From NCBI GenBank assembly GCA_035400625.1, contig DAOMZT010000002.1, positions 137,649 to 201,648 on the forward strand: 64,000 bases of DNA, written 5' to 3'. The DNA is from an archaeon. GTDB lineage: Archaea > Iainarchaeota > Iainarchaeia > Iainarchaeales > CSSED10-239. The translations under genes were made by a program, and so were the position numbers. Under the pieces are notes generated by a model. The model saw nothing but the letters and a program-made list of their open reading frames with translations. It had not been told where the DNA came from and did no database searches. Below are positions 47,327 to 55,800 of this stretch, in pieces. Numbering within the stretch: the first letter of the stretch is position 1; each line of letters begins with the position of its first letter.

Positions 47327-49399
47327 CTAGTCACTAAATAATTCTCTTAATGGTACAAATGGGAAATTAAAATTTTTTATAGTACCACCATCAGAAGTAA
47401 TCTTTCCATCTAAAATATATTCTTGGCCATAACAGAACAGATAATCTTCTTGGTTTAGTTCATCAATATCATCTTCTGGAGTATGGCTATAATAAATTAA
47501 ATCTTCTGGTTTTATTTTATATTCATAATTGTTTGTCTTTTGGTTAAAAACACCAGAAATTGGATTTTTATTTGTATAAACAGGTAATTGTTTATTATCT
47601 GTTCTTTTTGTATAATATTTTGATTGATTTAAAGGATTGGAATAATAAACTTTTAAATCTCCAACATTAATTGTTCCGTCAATATTAGAAAAAAGGCTAT
47701 AATCTCTTGTATATCTGTTTTGAGAATCATCAAGAGGCATAACTTCACAATGTGGGCAATAATTAGAGGTTAAATCAAATTCTGAATTTAACATTGAAAT
47801 AACATCTGAGTTTGTTGCTTCTATCCTTATATATTCTTTAATATCAAAATCAACTTTTGTTGGATTAATATAACATCCCTTTATGCTAATATTGTTATTA
47901 AAATATTCATCATCAACTATTGGTGTGCCTGCAGAAATAGTTTTTGGAAGATAAGAGCCATTACTTAAATAGTTTATTTTTATATCTGATAATTTTAGAT
48001 TTAAATAAGGTAATGGCAAGATATTGCCACCATTATCTTCTCCATCATAACCATTATTACTTGTTGCAATAACAGCCAAATCATATTGATGATTAGTAAA
48101 ATTAAAATTAGATGTGATTTCAAAACCATTACTTGATTTATTCTCTAAAAAATCAATAGTAATATCTCCTATTTTTCCTGGTATTCCAAAAGATGCAGAA
48201 TTCTCTGGTGCACAAGTTCCATCTGGACTAATATCAACATCTCCTAATGCACCATTTTTTATATTTAATTTAAATTCGGAGGAATTTAATTTATTTAAAA
48301 AAGTATTAATTTTAATATCACTTATATTCCCGCCATGACCTCCATCTCCATTATGTCCATCTTTGCAATGATCATCATAATTTTCTGCACGTTGCACACC
48401 GCCCGAACCGCCATCTCCTGCGGTTGCATTAAATATTATACTCTTATAATTAGTTATTTTGTCTATATTTGAAATAAATATATTCCCTGCGTTGCCTCCA
48501 TTACCCCCATTATATGTTTCATCTTGTGGGCCTTCATCTTTTTCACTATAGCCTCCTTTTCCGCCTTTCCCTGTTTCTAAACTGATTTTTAAATTATTAT
48601 AATTTTCTATTTGTTTAATACTAAAGTTTAAATCTCCCGAATTATCTCCATCACCCGCACTAAAACCACCATCATGAATAGTTCCTGTATCCCCCCCTGA
48701 AAAAGATTGCCCGTCTCCACCATTCCCTGTTTTTAAATCAATATCAATAAAACCATAATTCTGAATATTATTAATTTTTAAATTTACATATCCACTTCGA
48801 GTTCCATGTTTTGATTCTAAGAATGCATAATAATTATTTCCAAAAGCATCTACTCCATAACCAAAACTTCGATTTCCTATTTTGCCATCATTGCTTTTTA
48901 AATTTAAATTTAGATTTGCATTAGGATAAACAAATATTGATTCTATATTTACATCGTGAGATTTATCAGTTGCTTGCAATGGGGAATATGTTTTAATATC
49001 AAGTTTTTTTTCAGAATTTACAATAATATTTGGTAACGTTATAGATTTTGCATCTTCATATATCGTTATTTTTGAATTATTGTTTGCAATAAGATTTATG
49101 TTTGTATAATCAAAAAAATTAAAATTAAAATAATCTGATTTCAATAAGAAATTATATCCATTTGTATAAAAATTAATTTTATAATCATTACAACTTGTTA
49201 AACTAAATGGAGGTGCTGTGGTTTTTACTAATACAGAATCATTAATATTACAATTACATTCTAATTTATCATGATTACAGTCACAACTTACTTTGCCAGT
49301 CAATGGAGAATCATTATAAATTTCAACATTACAATTAGCAAACACTCCATTTGTTGCCAATATTATTATTAAAAATATAATTGCATATTTTATTTTCAT
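47327..49399 (-). CDS. Secreted Gly-rich solenoid-like repeat protein (690 aa), paralogue of 37423..39666
   Basis: Signal peptide MKIKYAIIFLIIILATNGVFA. Gly-run units at nt ~48300-48745 (TGNGGDGQSFSGGD, GKGGKGGY, NGGNGGNAGN, GDGGSGG, GDGGHGGN) are separated by I/N-rich strands (IENYNNLKISLETG, ITNYKSIIFNATAG). Its stop lies 14 nt before the P2 start. Confidence 0.85.
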   Translation of the reverse strand: MKIKYAIIFLIIILATNGVFANCNVEIYNDSPLTGKVSCDCNHDKLECNCNINDSVLVKTTAPPFSLTSCNDYKINFYTNGYNFLLKSDYFNFNFFDYTNINLIANNNSKITIYEDAKSITLPNIIVNSEKKLDIKTYSPLQATDKSHDVNIESIFVYPNANLNLNLKSNDGKIGNRSFGYGVDAFGNNYYAFLESKHGTRSGYVNLKINNIQNYGFIDIDLKTGNGGDGQSFSGGDTGTIHDGGFSAGDGDNSGDLNFSIKQIENYNNLKISLETGKGGKGGYSEKDEGPQDETYNGGNGGNAGNIFISNIDKITNYKSIIFNATAGDGGSGGVQRAENYDDHCKDGHNGDGGHGGNISDIKINTFLNKLNSSEFKLNIKNGALGDVDISPDGTCAPENSASFGIPGKIGDITIDFLENKSSNGFEITSNFNFTNHQYDLAVIATSNNGYDGEDNGGNILPLPYLNLKLSDIKINYLSNGSYLPKTISAGTPIVDDEYFNNNISIKGCYINPTKVDFDIKEYIRIEATNSDVISMLNSEFDLTSNYCPHCEVMPLDDSQNRYTRDYSLFSNIDGTINVGDLKVYYSNPLNQSKYYTKRTDNKQLPVYTNKNPISGVFNQKTNNYEYKIKPEDLIYYSHTPEDDIDELNQEDYLFCYGQEYILDGKITSDGGTIKNFNFPFVPLRELFSD

Positions 49400-49469
49400 G
49401 TTTTTCTTGCTTTAAATTTATGTTGTTTTTTACATTTTTTATTTTGTGTTATTTTTCATACTTTATATT

Positions 49470-49877
49470 TTATGATAACTTAAATGGAAAAGTTAATGAT
49501 AAGTTCTGATCTGGATTTATCTTTAGATTTGTTTCAATAAAGTAAAATCTAAAGATGTCTTTTGCAGTTAGTGATTGAAATTTGTTTTGATTTAGATTAC
49601 CAATATAAAAAAATACATTTGTTTCTTTTTTAACACACGAAGATGTAAGCTCTATCTCTAAGTCTTCTTGAGATGGCTTAAATACACTTGGAGAGAAGTT
49701 GTCCCCACAAACAATTTTTATTCCATCTGGTTCTTTAATATTTCCAAATATTATTGGATAGGTCTTTATGTTCTCTTTAGGGAAAGCTATCCAATCTGTA
49801 TTTGTATCTTCTGCAAAAACATTATTTAGAAATATAACTAAAGAAAGAACAATTATTAATTTTTGAATATTTTTCAT
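49470..49877 (-). CDS. Small secreted protein (135 aa) equivalent to the C-terminal domain of the 467-aa protein
   Basis: The ORF-track start at 49907 is TTG and overlaps the P3 stop. The ATG at 49877 gives MKNIQKLIIVLSLVIFLNNVFA (a signal peptide) and follows AAGTGAT (SD-like), 10 nt after the P3 stop. YPIIFGNI and FRFYF...LSLTFPFKLS align with the 467-aa C-terminus. Confidence 0.7.
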   Translation of the reverse strand: MKNIQKLIIVLSLVIFLNNVFAEDTNTDWIAFPKENIKTYPIIFGNIKEPDGIKIVCGDNFSPSVFKPSQEDLEIELTSSCVKKETNVFFYIGNLNQNKFQSLTAKDIFRFYFIETNLKINPDQNLSLTFPFKLS

Positions 49878-49887
49878 ATTATCACTT

Positions 49888-52800
49888 TTAGTTTGCAATT
49901 CCTTCAACTAATCCTTCTCCTATAAACATATTGCCATCGGTTTCATATATCGTCTTAGGGTTCCAATAGAATTCAGTTGTCTTTCCATTATCTGAATTAA
50001 CAACACAGACTTCTTTGTTTTCTACTTTTTTAAATAGCTCTTCTAGGCTATATATTTTATTGTTGCTATTTCCTAGTGTTATGGTTGACATATCTTGATT
50101 ATAGTCATTCATAAACAATACGCTTTCTTGATTGCCTCTTGTTTTACTTATTAAATTATATTTTATTGGATTATTATCAGAATCATATGGAGTATAGAAT
50201 ATTGTTCTTAAATAAACTGTTCCTGTTCTTGCTATGTCTTCCCAATCAATAGCATAGGAATTACTCATTCTTTCATCTGGTTCTGATTGCCTATCATAGA
50301 AGTTATTAAACTTAAAGAACACATAGTCTCCCGAAAAGTCTAGATTTCTTGGATTTTCTTTACTTACTCCTGTCCATATACCTAAACTATTTCCTCCAAA
50401 CATTATTTCTCCTGTCTTGTCGTTCTTTAATTGATAGTATGCTGAAAATGGATATAGGTTTGTTTTCTTTACCTTCATAATCACTGGATTTGCAACACTT
50501 GGAGAATAGATCATCTCTATCTGGTTGTCTGTCTTTTCTTTAATAGTAAATAAGTTTCCTCTTGTTTCTACATTACTATTTATTTTAAAGAAGTCTTTAT
50601 TATGTTGTACATTTAGGTATTTCTTTGGATTTGAGCTACCCAAGTATTCTGTTTTTAGCTCTTTATTATCTAAGCGAGTTATTGTAATAACGTCCCCTAT
50701 ATATCCAAGCCCATAGTTTTGTCTTGAATAGCTATTGCTATTTTGCATACCTACAAAGCCATCAAATGGCATTCTGTAGAATACACTATCATTTTCTGGG
50801 CCTCTGATATATGTAAATGTCACAACAACTTTAGCATCTATCTCTCCATTATCTTTTGTTAGTCTCCAATTTTCATTATTATATACTAAATCAATTCTTA
50901 CTCTGTATTTTCCAGGGACTATTATATTTACTCCGTTTTGTGAGTCTGCAGTATATTTTTGAGAAAAGCTTGTGTGATCTCTAAATAATGGTGAATAAAT
51001 TCCGTTTTGATATGCACCTGGAGCACTAAACCAGCTTTCTGCTATTACATTACTTCCTGAAGCCTTACCGCCATGTGCCTTATCAAAGTCATTTAAGAAT
51101 TGTTGATTGTAGTTGTCTGTTATCAGATATGCATCAAATTCTAAATAGTTCTTTAGCTTGTTAATTGTTTCTTTATCCCATGAGTTTACAACATTATTTG
51201 GATAAACATTAGCATCAAACCACATATCTATATAGTCCACACCATTAAACTGTGCTGTTGTTGCTGGAACTTGACAGCCTGTGCCTACAGATGCTTGGTA
51301 TATGCTTGCATTGATGTCTGTTTGGTAATATGTGTAGCTTGGTTCTCCTGAATATGCGTTTGTGCCACTATAGATTACTGTTAATGGTATGTTATTTCCA
51401 ATTATTGGTTGGTCTTCTGTTCCATATGTGAAAGTATAATCTATGGAATCGTCTTCTCCTGTTGGTATCATTATCTGTATATTTTGTTCAGGTGTTGCTG
51501 AAGTTATTGTTGTATCTACCAAGTTACCAACAGAATCATAATTTGAATAATACTTTGGGACATATTCTCCAAATCTTATTCTTATGCTTCCTGTCTGTTG
51601 AGCAGTTGTTCTATTTTGAACAGATACTTGTATTTTTGTTAAATTGCCATCTGTTCCAAATCTTACTTGGTCAATTCCGGTATAGTTTGCTGGAACCTCT
51701 CCTGACCATTGTGGTATTGATGAAGTAAGATTATATGTTCCTGCTGTTGCTTGATCAATCACTTGTGCATTACTTCTTGGGCAGGATATATTATTTTTAT
51801 TTTTTGTAATTAAAGCATCTGCATTGATTAATCTACTTACAATTACTTGAGACAACTGTGTAGCATCACAATAATTTCCATCACTACATTTATCTATATC
51901 TTTATCATCTTTCCAATCCCAATTAAATGAAACATTTGGGAGAGCATCTTTTCCTGTCTTTCCTGACCTGCCAGAATCAGTAATACAATCTTCCAGATCA
52001 ATACTTATTGGCAATCTCTCAGGATATTGTTTAGAGATAAATGCAAACCTGAATTTACCAATCTCTTTAGCACCCTCAAATGCAGGATCTTGTCCTTCAA
52101 TTTGATCATCAAGAGTTGGATAGAAAGTAATTGTTTTATACAAATTATCTCCAAGAGATAATTTATTTACATCATTGACATCACTTATTGTAAAAGACAA
52201 TGGCTTGATACCTGATTGTTCTGGCCAAATAATTTCATCATATTTACAAAAAGAATATGTGTGTGTTGTCAGTTTTATCTTTTTTCTTGGCCAACCACCT
52301 TGACATTCTACACTATATGTTATTTTATCAGACTCTTTTTTTATCTCGCTAAAATCTACATTACAATTTTTTGCCTCTGAAACATAACCATAATTAAAAA
52401 ATTGTTGTTTATGTTCTAATTCATTACAATTTGGCACAGCCATAGATAGTGTTTTATTTTTTACTAATTTGCCGTATCCGTCTCCTTTGCCCTTTAAATA
52501 AGTAACATATCTTGCGCCTGTTATATCAAATACATTTATATATTCTAATTGTTCATCTGTTGAAGAAATTATAATTTCTTTATCACTTTCTATTCTTGGC
52601 ATTGCGTATATTTGATCTACATTTGCAAATTGATATTCTGGAATATATTTATAAACAGAATAAAATGTGTGAGCTACCGCCCCCCCTATAAATGCTAATC
52701 CTACTGCAGTCCATGCTACGATTGATAAAGGGCCCGCTCCCGCCGTTATAATACCAACAAAAGTCGCGGTTTTTGATAACATAGCAAATATTGCAATTAT

Positions 52801-55800
52801 ACCTGTTTCAACAGCTAAAACACTAGTTCCTATTGCTATACTTTGACCAGTATTTATTCCTTTAACATCTGTGTTAACTAAATCATCAAATTTACTCCAT
52901 TTTATATTTTCATATCCTGGATTCTGATAATCATAATTCTTTGACATATATTTACTAAATCCTGTGTCCCCGACTTTCTTCATAGCATAATCCCAAGGGG
53001 TGGTGTTGATGTCGTGGTTTAATAATTTTACTGTCGCACTGTTGTATGCCCCACTGCTATTCTTGTCTACCTCAATAAATGGATCTTCCATGTAAAGGCC
53101 TTTTGATGAATGAACATTTATCTTTAGGTTCTTGTAGATTGTCGTTATCGCCTTGTCGTTGCTGTTTAATATCGCTATTTTTACAGGCACTAGATAACCT
53201 CCAGGAACTTCTGGCTTTTTAATGCCAGCAACAAGAGAACTTTCTCCAAATTTAAATCTTAACTCGTTATCATTAAACCCTTCTAGATTATCATACTTTA
53301 TATTTCCACAACCTTCAAAGGCATTTGGATTTGTTTCAATATCTTCACAGAAGTTTAATCTAAATCTTCCAAGATCTGCACAGTTGTTCTTTACAGTGAG
53401 TTCTTTAACTTCGCCAGTGTTTGTTTCTTTAGTAATAACAAACATATCGTTTATCTTCTTACTTCCGTCATAGAACTCAATACAGTCTTGTATCTTTCTT
53501 ATTGCTATGTTTGTTGTAAATGCAACATCTCTTGTGGTATTTACATATTTTAGACCATCGTTAGTCTTAACTTGCCCATTAATGTAAATCTTTGTTTCTA
53601 CATCCCCAAATTTCTTTTCTTGAGAATAATATGTAAGAACAGCATGATGCCCTCCAGGAGACAAGTTCTTTAATATGGTTGTGTAACTGCCTTCTGAAAG
53701 AGTTATTGTTTTTCCATCAACAGTCAAATTATAACTTCCAAACATATCTTTGGAATTAACAATCTTTGCTCTTATTGTATCTAATGGCAAACTCTGACCT
53801 TCTGTGCCTTTGACTACACAATTGTTTTGTATATCAAAGCTAAAAGATACAGAATCATTACTGCTTACTACTTGCTTCCAAGGGTTGTTTGCACCTTGGA
53901 TTACTAAACAATCATCTTCTTCTACTCCTTCACCAACAGATACCTTTAGGCTTATTGGAATATTAAAAGGATATTCTGCTTGTGAGTTATCTACTGAAAC
54001 ATAACCAATAATGTTACCAGTAATATTTAGGGTTTGAATTAGTTCTTCAGCATCTTGAGAAGTTGCAATCTTTATTCTTAGATTTTCTTCTCCGTTTGCT
54101 GGAATTACAATATTAGCAACCTGACTATTTAGATATTGCTGTAATTTTGGAATATTCAGATAATTAGAATATCTGAAATTAAAGCTATCATCTTTAAATT
54201 GCTTTAATTGTAAAGGATAATCAGTATTATTTATTATTGTTAATACCCTTTCTGTTCCATCTGGATTTGTTTTATTTATATTAATCGTAAATGGAGCCTT
54301 GTCTGTTATCTTTGTGTTGTCCTGTTTAAGGGAAATGATATTTTCTTCAACAGTAAATTCTACAGACTCTGCAAAATATCCACTCTTCTCTAAATTAATG
54401 ATTATTCTTTCGCCTGTTCTTAAAACTGGCATTGGTATTATTGCCTTACCATAATCATTTGTTCTTATTGTTCCACTTGTTATCTTTATCTGTTGGTTGT
54501 TTGCTCTTCTTTGATAGATATTGACAAGAGCACCAGATACTGGCAAGCCTGACTCATCAATTGCAACAACTGTAAGATCAAATGGCTTGTTTGGAACAAT
54601 ATTTTTTGGCTCATAAGTTATAGTAAAAGGATATTGCTGAGACACATTAAAAGTCATAAACTCATTATAAACAACAGATTGATTAGAAATAATCTTGTTT
54701 TGGAATCTGGAAGTTCCAAGAACTGCTGGCTTAATGGTTGTGTTAATTTCTATCTTGTCATAAACGTTTATTTGTGGGATATTTAGATAATCAGAAGTAA
54801 ATGGTATCTTGTTTCTTAACTGGTTATCTGCAGAGCCTGAATCTTCAAACCTTCCACCTGTTATATTATAACTTAAAATATCAATGGCGTTTGCAAACAT
54901 CTCTGTTGTGTTTTCAACATTTGCTATTAATAGTCTATTGTTATTATAAACATTTGATTTTGCATTAGTTAAAACATACTTTAGATTATATGTTTTGTTT
55001 ACTACTAAATTATTAACAGCCTCTAAATCAAAAACAATATCTTCTGAAACATCAACATATTGTCCTGATAAACAAAAAGTTTCAGAACAGATTTCTTCTG
55101 TATCAATATAGTAAACTTTTTGGCTATTAAGATTATCAAGTATTGGTGGAGTGCTTGTAAATACAGAATAATAAATTGGAGCTGCTTGGCCTCTGTTAGC
55201 TTGAACAGTTCCAACAGGAACTAATAGTTCATAAACACCAACAGATGCATTTACAAACTTTGCATCAATTACTTTTGCACGAATATCTGGAGTAACTATT
55301 GTTAAGTTAGTATTACTGTAATAGCTAACATTTGCCTTTGTGTCATACATTGTTCTGATATGGATAATGTCTTCTTCTGCAGTTTCTTTATCTCCTGCCA
55401 AGAACCTAAATCCAACAGTCCCTTCTGTTGGATTAATTAATCTAAACTTAAAATAAAACTTTGAATTTTGAGCCAAATATTCAACTTTCTGGTTTTGCTC
55501 ATTAAACAAACCAACAAAGTCTGCAGTTAGAGTGCTTACTGTTCCCACTCTTATTAGTTTAATGTCTTTTGTTATCGTTTCTCCGCTAATTATTGGTATC
55601 AATTCAGTATAATAATCATAATAGCCTTCTTTTGAGATCTTTGCATAAAGTATCTTGTCTGCTTTTATAGTTTTTGAATATTCTCCGTTCTGTGTTGCTT
55701 GATCGGTTCCAATCTCCTCACCTATTTGGCTATATAGTTTGATGTTTGCAAAGCTTATTGTTTCTTCATTAATATTTTTAATATTAAATCTTATTGTTCC

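Noticed and set aside
52650-52870. GC-rich patch inside P3 as a foreign insertion or assembly chimera
   Set aside because: It is in frame, flanked by continuous ORF, and its GC content is explained by Gly/Ala/Pro codons of hydrophobic helices. It still deserves a read-level check (see findings).
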